64,000 nucleotides of DNA from Phoronis australis (Eukaryota > Animalia > Phoronida): contig NMRA01000010.1 of assembly GCA_002633005.1 (NCBI GenBank), positions 1,398,982 through 1,462,981 of the forward strand, in the 5' to 3' direction. The translations under genes were made by a program, and so were the position numbers. This document shows, piece by piece, positions 1 to 13,700 of this stretch (position 1 is the first letter of the stretch; every line of letters starts with the position of its first letter). The notes under the pieces are model-generated. The model was not told the DNA's origin and searched no databases. It was given only the letters and a program-made list of their open reading frames with translations.

Positions 1-1703
1 CATCGTAGCACTGTTTTTATGTTTGGTCGAAACATCATACCTTGAAATGTGCCGAACAAAATGTGGCTTGTTTCTTAGCAACAGGTATACTAAAGGCTAT
101 CAAATCTCTTAAGATGTATTAATAAAATTCTTCTTGAGACACAGGGTTATGGTGGCAATTCTAAAAGTGAACAGTTTGGCAAATCTAGTCATACAATGGT
201 CGTTTATATCGACGAAATCCGTTTGGTTATGTCTTAGAATTAGAAGAAGGGAATGCTAGCTCCCGCGCGTGACCTATGCTTTCTAATCACATGCGATTCC
301 TTGATTTCAGTGGACCAGCCGCGAGAGTTTGCACTGTGAATTTCTGGTTGTCCGATTTTTGTTCAATTGTTTTATGATCAACTCTAGCCTAATTTCAACG
401 TTTCTTTTTCATTTTGTCATTTTTTTCATAATGGAATCATCAAACAACACTCTTGAGGCACGGCTCCAGAAAACCATCAATTTCTGGGCAAATTTTAATT
501 TTAATTTGTCAACAAACCCGTCATTAGCACTGGCCATTCTTTACACGCACCGGCCCGCACATGTAGCCATGGGTGGATGCCTGGAATAATCTGGCCTATG
601 ATATCTTTTCTGGAGAGCGTTGGGTCAATAGGAGCAAACTCTTAGCTTTTTTACTGCGGTGGTAACTAGAGTGCTCCTCACGACTCTTTGAAGCACCTCT
701 CAATGTACTGCAACTTGTTTTCAATGACTATTAATTAAAACTGACAATACACGTGCCGTTGTACTCGGTCTTGCCCGCTAGGCGTGATAGAATTTGGCAT
801 CTCTGTCCTACAGTTCTATGGCTTGTGTTCAACAAAAATTCCACCCTAAGCCTTATTTCAAAGCAAGAGGCATTAAGGAATGCAGCTACCTACGCTTGCG
901 CGGCGCAACCACAATCGTGCTTGATCGAAGTTGGCATTCCATTCCTAGGGCCCTATGTTATAGACATGTATACGTTTTAATGGTAATGCTAATACGATTC
1001 CAAGCTGCGTATGAGCTTAGATTGTAGGCAAGGGATTCACAACTCCAATATTTTTACATGAAATTCTTAGAAAAGGCGCCACTTATGCTAGCCTATTTAA
1101 ACTCTGGCTTCGCATCTGCTTAAAAAGGCTTACATATCACGAATCTCGACATAACTCACAGGGATCATTGTGTATGTTGTATAGCCAATATATATTCAGA
1201 CTTATCAACCGCCCTTTCGAGCCAAGCTAATGAACAATGCCCAAATTTAAGTTGAAATTGTGATCGTCTTAGCTAAGATCAGGGTTACGATCTCTGATAA
1301 AACGAGACCCAGAACTTCAAATCACGCTAAATGGGGGTTCCTTTAGTCATGCTTTTTACGGAACGCAGCCAAGCTAATGAAACGGGTACTTCTAGGAGCT
1401 ATCAGACATTTTGTTACTTCCTTCCTCCCCCCACACTTTTCTAATCCCCGGTTATTCAGACGGCTGAGGAGTGGCCCCTGAGCTGCACATGGGGAGCGCC
1501 TCAGTGAAATAGACCTCTGCAGTTCGGGGCACCTTAATGGTTACAGACATGCAGCGTCTTTAATAAATTGTGAGTTCTGTTTCTTAAATCACCATCCGTG
1601 CCGGTTTCTTACCTCCTGTGACGTCTGATAGGGGGGTGGGGTTATAGATGTCATACAGAATATTGTTGTTATTCTGTTTGTTTTATAACGTCATTTCCTA
1701 CAG

Positions 1704-4700
1704 GCAGAGCCCTCTTTCTTGATAAGCAAAATGACCTCTGCGTTCCGATTGCAGGACGCCGGTACATATTTTATTTATTCCAGACTTAAACTAAGGGGGC
1801 GAAAAGCTCGCAAGTTTATCTATCAGCTGAAGAGGTTTGGTATTCTTGTCTACTCCCACCTACATCTCGCCTGCCCCAAACAAGAGCGGCCTTTGTGCAA
1901 ACCGAATAGTCAGTACCGGACAGCTGATGGCTCGTGCAACAACCTACGAAAGCCCCGAGCCGGTCAAGCGCAAACCCCGTTTGCTAGATTCTTGTTCCCT
2001 GAATACGACGACGGTAAGAGGAGTAATCAATGCACTTTAAACTTCAAGGAAGCTTGCACGTTTCATTCTGAATCTCATACTGGAAATAACTATAATCCAG
2101 CTCATGAACAATGATGTCCCCAGTATCCAGTTTCAGTTACAGCGTAGTAGTGAATGCATGCAAGGCAGTGAATGAGAGCTTTGATTTAATTCGAAAGCGA
2201 TTTCTGGAGGTTTGCTAAAATTAAGAAAAATGGTTTCAACTCTTTTTCCATTTTCTTTGGTCTATGCTCATCTCAAAGTTGCGATCTGTATATTATGGCG
2301 GTGTTCGCCTCTGCTCCTGTTGTAAGCATAATACACGAAACAAAGCCGTCGTCATTCGTTCTCACGTTCATTGAAATACACTTGTCAATTTCCACAGTGA
2401 TTGTGCAGGAGTTAGGGAGATTTAAACTCAAACGGCGGGCCAAGGAAAGAGTAGACGCAGGGCAGACAGCGGACGCCGGTTATAAGTACCTGCAATATGC
2501 CACCGCCTGCAGCATTGACCGCGCATAATTGGAACGCAACAGTTCTTGCATCGCGTGAGCTGCCTAATGTTGTGCAGCATTGACCACATCTCTCCTTTTG
2601 ACCAATTCTTATGTTCGAGGACGTGCAGTCGATCGTTCGCGTTTTATGGGGTGTCTGCTTGAACGTATTCTCAATAGCGCCATTCTTATGCTCTCTTGCA
2701 CACGCACACACACACGCAGGAACATACATTATTCAGTCATCCTTATCCGTCCGTCCATACGGCGACCGCTATCGTGTCTCAAAAAACCCTTGACGATTGT
2801 TTGTGAAATTTTGAAGACGTTCTCTTATTGTGAGTGTGACGGTAAGAGCGTTTTTTCTCACATATCCGACAATCAGTCTGCTCCCTAGTTTCAATTTTAT
2901 TTTTCACGCTAATTTCTTAATGTCTGAAGTTAGTCGACGTTTTCTGGTGAAATTTGACAGATTTGTAAATTTACATGTGACTACTAAAAAGCCGACGCTT
3001 TCATCTCGTTTTTGGAGGGATTCGAGAGACGTTGCGCTACCTGGTGGTTGTTTTTACTATTTTCGGTCTGTCAGTGTCAAGTTTTCCTGAGATGAGTACA
3101 TGGGTGGCGCACCATAACGGGGCTGGGGAGGAGAGGGGGGGCTATAGCCCCACTATTTTCAGTGCTACGCCGCCCATTGGAATAAACCGTTGTTTTCAAT
3201 TAACCGGATTTAATCAGCTTCAGTTTACAGCACAATACCTCACTGGGATAGCATCGGGTTCCTGTCCCGGTTATAAATCTGCCAGAAAAACTCAACAACC
3301 CAAGTGTTTACTTTGCTTAATACAACAAAGGGCAACACGATGACCCAGACAGATGCGCAGAGCTCAATGTGGCTTATTTGGACTAAGTATAAGGCTTAGC
3401 TATGGTTTAACGTCCACCTCTCTATCAGGCAAACCATGATCATGACAATTGATATGTGTTCCTATTTGGTAGAGGACCCGTGGCGATGATTTACTGACGG
3501 CTACTGTGGCATTTTTGGGCCCGTGACTGTATCTCATGAACCTTTTGAAGAAATTTTGTTTAACTTGAATTTCTATGAAAGTGACAACGGATGGCGAAAA
3601 CGTTCGGACGTATGAGATTACAACTGCGCAATTTATGTTTTTACCAGTGGCTCAATACAAGATCCTTGTTGGATATTCATGAAATATGGTACAATGTGTT
3701 TATGTTGACGTAGATTTGGCACAAATCAGATTATTGTGAGGCACCAAGGGTTAATTTTGTTTTTCATTGTGTTTGACTTGATAGCTGCCAAGGTACTTGA
3801 TGGATGATCATGAAATGTGGCTATTAAGTAAGTATAACGTATGCAACACCGGTTTCGGATGGATTTAGTTTACGTTGCTCTCCCTCGAGACCTTTCTGGT
3901 GTTGTTGTTGTGTCGTTTTTTGTTTTGTCGTCTAACTATTTGCCGTAGTGCAAGGAAAGTGTCAAGTCTTTATAATTAGTTTTACAATCATTGAATTTAT
4001 AGGCCACCATACAACACATACACAAGGACTGAAACAAAATACAAACTAAGACCCTTGCACATAACAAGTAAACCTCGTAATATAGAATGACTAAAGTACA
4101 CAAAAATTCACAAAATCAGAAAGCACTGACCATCTGTATTGGCTTCACATCATAACAGAAAAGCATGGATTCGAAGTAAAACCATCATACTTGAACTTGA
4201 GAACAAAAGTGACAAGTTCATTCAATACCAAGTAAGAATGACTTTTCCAAAACGACGCCCCTAAAAGGAGACTCAACCCCAATTGTCAGCAGCGACAATG
4301 ACTGCCCACCAAAAAGTGCATAGTAGTACAAAAATAAACAACAGGGGTGCTTGATTTGAAGGCTACCAGCAGTACCTATACTACGAACCTTTTGAAGAAT
4401 CATTAGCGAATGTGACAGGAGTATTCCTATTGGGCAGAACATTTCTAACTTGCTTTGAACCCTCCAGAGACTGTTATTAAGTTTACCAAGCATTGCTCTG
4501 TTTCGTGGTAAATTTTGAAATATCGATCATCCCCTGCATCTGCGATACACACCTTGGATGCATACCAATGGCTCGTGTTACTCTCATTGGAGTATAATGG
4601 GACATGTTATTCTGGCTGCGATTAGAACGCTGCAGGAATAAAATTTAGCGTGCAGACCAAGGCCACTTGTAAATTGGGTTCGCCAGTTTTCGCGTTCTGT

Positions 4701-7700
4701 GCGACAGGGCCCACAATTTAGGTGACGTTTTGTACATAGAAGCTATCCTTCCACTTAATTGCCCACCCTGTACGTGGAATCCAGAAATCTGTTAATCAGG
4801 CCAACGAAAAACAGACTTCAACAACTCCTGCCATGATGCTAAGAAGAAACTAACACCCTATGTTGAGTGTTTACTTAAATAGTTTAGATCTTTTTGGAGA
4901 GATGAACCTAAATCATATAATAGTAATTAAAATATGATCAGTCAAAACAGTAAGCTGTTAAGACTAACAAATTCGAAAATTTTTAACTCAGACCAGGATA
5001 CGGTATAGTAAATATAGCTGACTTTTAAGAGATCACGTAAGAAAGCACATACCAGCGTCGGGTCCAGGACTTTGAGTTGGGTGGGTGCAGGGGAGAGTAT
5101 TAGCCAGGATTTTGCCCGGACATTCGCACCCCCGAACTGCCAAACGGAATCTGGGGGAATTTTAGGGGGGTATGGCCCCCTTGGTCCCCTTAAATTAGCC
5201 ACTGTATACTGTATATGAACAACTGTGAGAAAAGTTTTGTTACCGTATAAAGGTGTCGGTTCTCCAAGGACTCTTGGTTATCATGGCAAGCCCCTGAATA
5301 GTGCGCGTCTGATCAGCCGAGTGGTACACACTGCCGACTCAAAAACAACGGAAGCAAGAGGAATCACTCTGATGTTCATGCAGTGGGGGCAGTTCTTGGA
5401 TCACGACATCACGCGCACCCCAATGCTAGCAGGTAACTATCGGTGCACACAATTAATCATAAATCATGAACGTGTAAATGATGTCATTTGCAAGTGACGT
5501 TTACCTCATTCATAATTCTGTGATATCTGCAACCTTGTTACAATGCCCTGCTGTTTGTGGTTTTGCTAGCAATAGTCCCTTACAGAAATGCTTGGTCTTG
5601 AGATCCAGTTTGGTGCTCGCTTGCTCGCTGATCCGTATGTAACTCTTACAGGTTTGCTTTTTGCAGGTATTTATTATGATTTATAAACAAGTACAAAACA
5701 AACAAGTACATCCATTCATTAACGCATGCGCACCTCAGGAGAGACCATTCTCGTATCTCCTATAAACTAAACAACTTCTACATGGAGTTGCGTGAACAAT
5801 GAAATTTTCCCATTTCGCAGAGAAGCTGTCATATACAAAGTTTTTATATGCAATTAATTTTTCAGCATAACAGTACTCATAAGTATATGAAACAAACCTG
5901 CGAAAATTAGATATATTTTTGTGACATTTTTCCTTGTAAATGTACTGTTTGGCTATTAGAAGCAAAATGTTAAATAGAAAATCATGCGTCTTATAAAGTC
6001 CAAGAATAACACGTTCGTAAGAGAGACTGTTGGGAAGCTGAATGCAACACGTTTGCATTAGCTTTCCAAATTCCTTCCAGAAATCTTGTACAAGGCGACA
6101 TTCCCAAATAAGGTGTGACAGCGTCTCTGGAGCTTTATTAAAAAAGGAACATAAATTAGAATCCCAAACACGGATTTTGATTAAAAAGGTATTTGTTGCA
6201 GTAATCCTGTGTAGAATTCTAAATTGGAACCATGTAATGTTGGGATCCTTCGTAATTTCATAAGGCAATGCGTATATTTTCTTTCAATCCAAGCTATCTC
6301 CTAATTCTATTTCCCATTTACACTCTGACTTAGAAGCTTTCTTAATGTCATTTGAACAACCCTTCAAATCTTTCGGTAAGTAAGTAATTGCTAAAGGAAT
6401 GCAAGGAGAGTAGACATTAATACTTTTAAATTTACTTTGAAATAGACTTTTTTGAAAACGCCTTAAAACGGAAACAACACCATTACATGTATATTCTACA
6501 AAGTTGGTTTTTACATCGAACCCATTTTCCATATGGTTCAAAGTAACGAAATCACTGTCAGAGGTATACATATCTCTAATAAATCTTAAGCCTTTTACAA
6601 ACCAAGGCTTATAAAAACACTTGTGCCTGCGATACCAAGTTACTATTAAACCACAAAGGTTCGTTCAAAAAGTTATTTTTACTTGAAACAAAAATTTTCT
6701 TGTAGAAAGGTGTCAAACTTTCAAATACGTTGCGCTTGTAGGAATTACCAATTAGAGTTAATTTCGACTTAATAAAGTCATCTCCAAATAAGCACGATTC
6801 CTTAAGAACGGGTAGAGTGAGTACAGTAATTCACCACTTTTAGAAGCAGGGCTTTCAAGATATCTTTAGGCCATAGCGTGTATTAAAGCTTTGCTGAAAA
6901 TATGCAAATTTACCATTTAAAGTCCCCCTTGATCAAGCCCTAAATAGGCCGTGGTTCGTTTAAGTTTACCATTACGAGCCTGCCATACAAATCTAAAAAA
7001 TGTCGTATTCAATTCATACAAGACTTTTTGTGGTGGAGTTGGTAAACTTGACAACAAAGTTTAGAAATAGCTAATTACTCTGCGCGTGTAAGCGCAGGGT
7101 ACTGTTGTTCCTGGGTTTTCTTCAATTTTATTACTCTGCGCGTGTAAGCGCAGAGTCCTGTTGTTCCTGGGTTTTCTTCAATTTTATTACTCTGCGCGNG
7201 AAGCTATCCTTCCACTAAATTGCCCACCCTGTACGTGGAATCCAGAAATCTGTTAATCAAGCCAACCAAAAACAGACTTAAACAACTCCTCACCTTGCCA
7301 TGATGCTAAGAAGAAACTAACACCCTATGTTGAGTGTTTACTTAAATAGTTTAGATCTTTTTGGAGAGATGAACCTATATCATATAATAGTAATTATTAA
7401 AATATGATCAGTCAAAACAGTAAGCTGTTAAGATTAACAAATTCGAAAATTTTTAACTCAGACCAGGTTACGGTATAGGAAATATAGCTGACTTTTAAGA
7501 GATCACGTAAGAAAACCACATAGCAGCGTCGGGTCCAGGACTTTGAGTTGGGTGGGGGGCAGGGGAGAGTATTAGCCAGGATTTTGCCCCGGCGTCAGAC
7601 ATTCGCACCCCCGAACTGCCAAACGGAATCTGGGGGAATTTTAGAGGGGTATGGCCCCCTTGGTCCCCTTAAATTAGCCACTGTATACTGTATATGAACA

Positions 7701-10700
7701 ACTGTGAGAAAAGTTTTGTTACCGTACAAAGGTGTCGGTTCTCCAAGGACTCTTGGTTATCATGGCAAGCCCCTGAATAGTGCGCGTCTGATCAGCCGAG
7801 TGGTACACACTGCCGACTCAAAAACAACGGAAGCAAAAGGAATCACTCTGATGTTCATGCAGTGGGGGCAGTTCTTGGATCACGACATCACGCGCACCCC
7901 AATGCTAGCAGGTAACTATCGGTGCACACAATTAATCATAAATCACGAACGTGTAAATGATGTCATTTGTAAGTGACGTTTACCTCATGCATAATTCTGT
8001 GATATCTGCAACCTTGTTACAATGGCCAGCGGTTTGTGGTTTTGCTAGCAATAGTCCCTTACAGAAATGCTTGGTCTTGAGATCGAGTTTGGTGCTCGCA
8101 TGTTCGCTGATCCGTATGTAACTCCTACAGGTTTGCTTTTTTCAGGTATTTATTATCATTTATAAACAAGTACAAAAAACAAACAATCAAACAAGTACAT
8201 CCATTCATTCACGCATGCGTACCTCAGGAGAGACCATTCTCGTATCTCGTATAAACTAAACAACTTGTACATGGATTTGACGTGAACAATGATATTTTCC
8301 CATTTCGCAGAGAAGCTGTCATATATAAAGTTTTTATATGCAATTAATTTTTCAGCATTACAGTACTCATACGTATATGAAACAAACCTGTGAAAATTAG
8401 ATATATTTTTGTGACATTTCTCCTTGTAAATGTACTGTTTGGCTATTAGAAGCAAAATGTTAAATAGAAAATCGTGCGTCTCATCAAGTCCAAAAATAAC
8501 ACGTTCGTAAGAGAGACTGTTGGGAAGCTGAATGCGACACTTTTGCATTGGCTTTCCGAATTCCTTCCAGAAATCTTGTACAAGGCGACATTCCGAAATA
8601 AGGTGTGACAGCGTCTCTGGAGCTTTATTACAAACGGAACATAAATTAGAATCCCGAACACGAATATTGACTAAAAAGGTATTTGTTGCAGTAATCCTGT
8701 GTAGTATTCTAAATTGGAACCATGTAATGTTGGGATCCTTTGTAATTTCATAAAGCAATGCGTATATTTTCTTCCTATCTGAGCAATCTCCTAATTCTAT
8801 TTCCCATTTAGACTCTGACTTAGAAGGTTTCTTTTAACCAGGTACCACTGTGGTGCTTAAACTGTTTATCAGCTGGTAGTGATGACGTGATTCCTACAAA
8901 AGAAAGTCTGTCTTGGACAACAAATCTTTTGAATTTTTGGGGGTGGATTTTGACAGTCAATTGGATAGTATGACGCATAAGAACTTCACCGCAAGATTAA
9001 TTGAGATTAAGTCTTTATTAAAAAATGGAGTCGACTAAAGGCCGTTTGGTAGAGTAACTGTAATTAAAACATTAGCTATTTCTAAACTTAATTTTTTGTT
9101 GTCAAGTTTACCAACTCCACCACAAAAAGTCTTGTATGAAATGAATACGACATTTTTAGATTTGTATGGCAGGCTCGTAATGGTAAAATTAAACGAATCA
9201 CGGCCTGTTTAGGACTTGATCAAGGGGGGCTTTAAATGGTAAATTTTCATACTTTCAGCCAAGCTTTAAAACTTGCTATGGCCCGTAGTTATCTTGAAAG
9301 CCCTGCGTCTAAAAGTGGTGAATTACTTTTGTCACTCTACCCGTTCTTAAAGAACTTTTGCTTCATTTGGAGATGACTTTATTAAGTCGAAGTTAACTCT
9401 AATTGGCCATTCCTACAAGCGCGACGTATTTGGAAGTATGACATCTTTCTACAAGAAAATATTTTTTGTTTCAAGTAAAAAGAACTTTTTGAATCAACCT
9501 TTGTGGTTTAATAGTAACTTGGTATCGGAGGCACAAGTGTTTTTATAAGCCTTAGTTTGTAAAGGCTTAAGATTTTATTAGAGGTATGTATACCTCTGAC
9601 AATATCTCTGACAGTGATTTCGTTACTTTGAACCATATGGAAAATGGGTTCGATGTAAAAACCAACTTTGTAGAATATACATGTAATGGTGTTGTTTCCG
9701 TTTTAAGTACTTTTCAAAAAAGTATATTTCAAAGTAAATTTAAAAGTGTTAATGTCTACTCTCCTTGCATGCTTTTAGCAATTAGTCACTTACGGAAAGA
9801 TTTGAAGGGTTGTTCAGTCTTTAATGACATTAATCACATGTTAACATTATGCTATGCTTTAGGAGAAGGGAGCTCTGAAATCAAATGTTGCAAGTCGGAC
9901 TACACGATCAACCAATACGAGCTCAGAAAGTCGGGTCTTACCGAAAAACAGATTGAAGAACGCCTTAAACATAGGTGGGTAAATAGGAGACTTTAGTCTT
10001 AATTTAGATCACTTGCATTTGTGGATTCGATCCCAAACCGCTCCTTAGGGAAATCTGACGCGATGTCTTGCCTTGAAAATAAACGACAGATTGTTATTGC
10101 TCAAGATCAGGGTCTGCAAGTACGCATGACACGAGGGGTCATTTTATACGTTGAGCATGGACTTGGGAAATAACGAACTGTCACAGAAATCACTCTGCTA
10201 GAAAGAAGTTGAGAACAGTTAATAGCGGCAAGTGTCCTTTATAAAATGCTAAATGCTCATTTCTTTGTTTGAAGCCACTTCCCGGTTGCATGAAACAGTC
10301 CAAACAAGGACTTAACAACGTTTACTAAATCAATTACGTTTTTGTGAAAACACCGATTGTGTTTTTAATTCCATTTCAACTTTTGGTTTTTATCCAAATC
10401 GTTGAATTTTCAATATTATCAGAAATAAATAGGATTCTTTTCATGCAGCGCCTCTAATTTCCTATCTATTTTCAATGAATTCAGGGTTCAGTTTTTAGTA
10501 TGTTCCAAATTTTCTCTTGAGGTGAGTGACCCGAGTTTTGCTCACGGCGGTCGGGTGCAGTCAGCCTTGATTGGCGTCAGCGCTTCAGATTTTGCGCCCG
10601 ATGACTCAGCTGGATACAGTTTATATAGGTCTCAGATGTCCCATTTGATTATGGCTGTCCACTGTTAAGTTTTTAATTCGCACTTTCACAGACGCGATAA

Positions 10701-13700
10701 AGTTGTGTTTGCCTCCGCCTAAAGGAAATTTGCTCCAGCAACTTCGAATGAAAAAACGACCAACTGTGAGAGGGGTTACATTAATTTAAAGAGCAAAAGT
10801 TAAGTAACCGGCACAGTGCGTTCTGCTAATAAACTGCTATGTGGACAAACTCGCTACCCCTAGATGTTTAGTTCGTGTAATTGAATAGGGAAAACACCGA
10901 GTAATTCACAGCAGTCCTTCTGGCCTTATCAGGAGAAACCTTGGCTATGCATATTATTAGAAAATGTAATTTGTAGAAAGGAGCTCATGAATAAAGGAAG
11001 ACAAAAAATTTGCAAAAGACTTAGGTTATTTAGTTGAGTCCGAATCTAAGACATGCAGCTGGGTACAGGTTTAAAGCCGTTTCAGTATATCGTTCAGCAA
11101 CTGGATGTTGATGTCACATAAAACACATCCGGAACACCTTGGGTATTTTGGAAACCTTAACTCATTCCTTGGAGTTGTTTCGTGTCTGATCATGTGCCTA
11201 TCTCCATCACAACAGCAAAGAATTTGCTCAACAAACGTTTCAAAATCATGGCCGTCCGCCAGACGTGTGCGACGTCAATATAGGTCTGTGAGCTAATCTG
11301 CTGATGTTCTGTTATTCAACATTTCAGCCCGTTATCACAGGAGAACACCGGCGGAAGAAACAACTCCGAGGGCATAATTTGAGGCTAGTAAAATACCCCT
11401 GGGGACTGTTTCTCGGAGAGCATATTGTTTTTTGACTTTTGGTCTAAAATCAGTCTACCGATGGCTTAGCCTTAGTCAGCAAATTACGCTAAAGCTAAAA
11501 GTAAATAAAATGTGTCTACAACTCGACGTCAAACGACAGATTGGGAAAAGACTAAAAGCTAAAATCAAAAGACAAAAACTCAACGTTTAGCTATTGACTC
11601 GTCGAGTGACAGCCCCATAGTAAACCGAATGATTTAAGTTGCCCTGTGTCCATTCGAAACATCTCGGTCATTTTCATAGCTTAAAATTTACCCTCATCGA
11701 TGGTTCACATTATTTTCGCTGTGTAAACGTCCTACTTACACCCATTTGCCATTTTGAACGTCACGACGTACCACCTAAATGATATATATGTACACTGCAT
11801 GCACGCACCCAGCCTAAAATATAGGGGTGCTCGAATTCTTCGCTTCGCGGACCTTTTACTGAAAAAAATCAACGCGGAGCAAAAACGGGGCAACTAGGTT
11901 CAGGCTTGCCAATCATGCATCCGCGCCGAATTCCTTTGGACTTTTTGGACTTTTGTCTCGTTTATTCGGATTTTTGTTTCACTCAGAAGGACCTTTTTGC
12001 CCAAGTCGCCAAATTGGGGGTTCGTTCGAAACAGAGGAGAAGAATTGTTAGAACATAATTGTGTATCGTTTTGAGTATCTTAATAAAGTATTAAAATCGT
12101 CTCCTCATGACTTGCCGACAGTCACAGCCCATACTCACAAAGTTTGTTGAGGAAATGGCGAAACTGTCACTGAACCCACTTTGTGCTCAACAATTTTTGA
12201 AGTAAAACTTGATTAACTGGATATTATGCATAGCATTTAGTGAGATAAGGACAACTTTTTATTTTACCAAATTGAAATAATGTCAAAATAAAGAGCAGCA
12301 CAGTAGTAACAGCGGGGAAAGTGGCATCGCGTGCAGAGTATAATGTGGGGTAATGGGGTTGGACTGTCTGCAAGCGAATACAATATATGTTCGCCATACG
12401 GGAAAAGCGGTCCGCAAAAGCGCATGTGAGCCAACATGAAGTGAACAGCGTGTCCGAGATGATTTAGTGCTCGAGTATATATTTGTCTTGTTACAATGAG
12501 ACGCTTCCATTAGTACAAAACGTCACATCATTACAGTAAACTTTGTACTGTTCAGTGTACTGGAGTCATAATTGAATCCAATACAGATAATCGATAATAG
12601 ACTAAAATCAAAGTTCTACCTTTCTGGTCTATTCAGAGAGGCATGCTTCCCAATACAGATTCCACAGGGAGACCAGTATTTCAAGCGGTCCTGCATGAAC
12701 TTCGTCAGATCAAGTCCGTCATCGCCAGCCGGTTGCTCTTTCGGTAGGCCATTTGCTACTGTCCATTGATAATCAAGTCGGTACACATATGAACTTAAAT
12801 TCAACGAAGACTTTTGCTGGGAATTTGCCTCATGTTATACTTCAGGATCATACGAAACACACTATAAGATCTGTGCGGAGGTTTCTGTTAGAGTCTATTT
12901 CAAAACGCCGACTGTGAAGATGTAAGTATCCAAATCCAACGTTCTTATTTTTTACCGTTGGATTTGAATGTGTCAATCTTCACGTGTTCGCTTGTGATTA
13001 GACTTTTCCTATTATTATGGCAAAAAGCAACATTACTAAACGATTAGTTTTCTGTAAAACGCATTTACGGATGTAGGTTTACACTTTTGCTGATGGAATT
13101 TGTCTAATTTGTACCTTTGGGAACAAGGTCAACTATTTCACAAGGAAAGGAACTCGCTACATTCTGATATCAGCTTCAAGTGATCGTAATAAGACTACAC
13201 TACAGCACCGTATTTCCCATAGGATCTTTGATTTCTACCAGGAAAACTGGTCAATAAAGTTTCCTTGCGTCTGGCCTAATGACTTCGTTGCATATGCAAA
13301 GTCTGTGTGGGTTATAAGAACCGTTTCCCTACCTCACTACATGTACATTTAAGATAGTACTTTATATGCATCTACGGCTGGTGTTGCATTGGCCTCACTT
13401 GGCCTTTCTGATTGGTATAGACCTTTACATTTCCTTTTATGCGATAACGCTCTAAAAACGTACAATGGCATTAAAAATCCATCCCACCTGCCGCCCCGCT
13501 CTTACTGTCATCTCAGTAGGCTTATATCAGAAAAAAATGCTTAACAGGAGACTGTGTGAGCTTCGGACTCCCGTTTGGGAGACCCTGTTCAAATCTTAGT
13601 TTCACTGGCAGACCAACGAGCATTTCATAATCCTACTCCTTTGAGTTTTCTCATAGTGAATGCATTCAAGGGAGTTAATGAGAACCTTGGTATAATACAA

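Noticed and set aside
753-1569. Candidate upstream peroxidase exons (ORF 753-980; AG at ~1458 to GTGAGT at 1570)
   Set aside because: The 1459-1569 segment has stops in all three frames from that acceptor and cannot be joined in phase to the 1704 exon; no clear signal peptide exon was identified.
1762-1783. Apparent 22-nt GT...AG mini-intron
   Set aside because: Too short for a typical spliceosomal intron, and the reading frame is open straight through it from 1704.
4218-4600. Minus-strand ORF with an [11 protein letters not shown] motif, reminiscent of a non-LTR element C-terminus
   Set aside because: Too degenerate to assign by eye.
13545-13620. tRNA/SINE-like stretch with a B-box-like gttcaaatc
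   Set aside because: No cloverleaf can be built; at most a decayed SINE.
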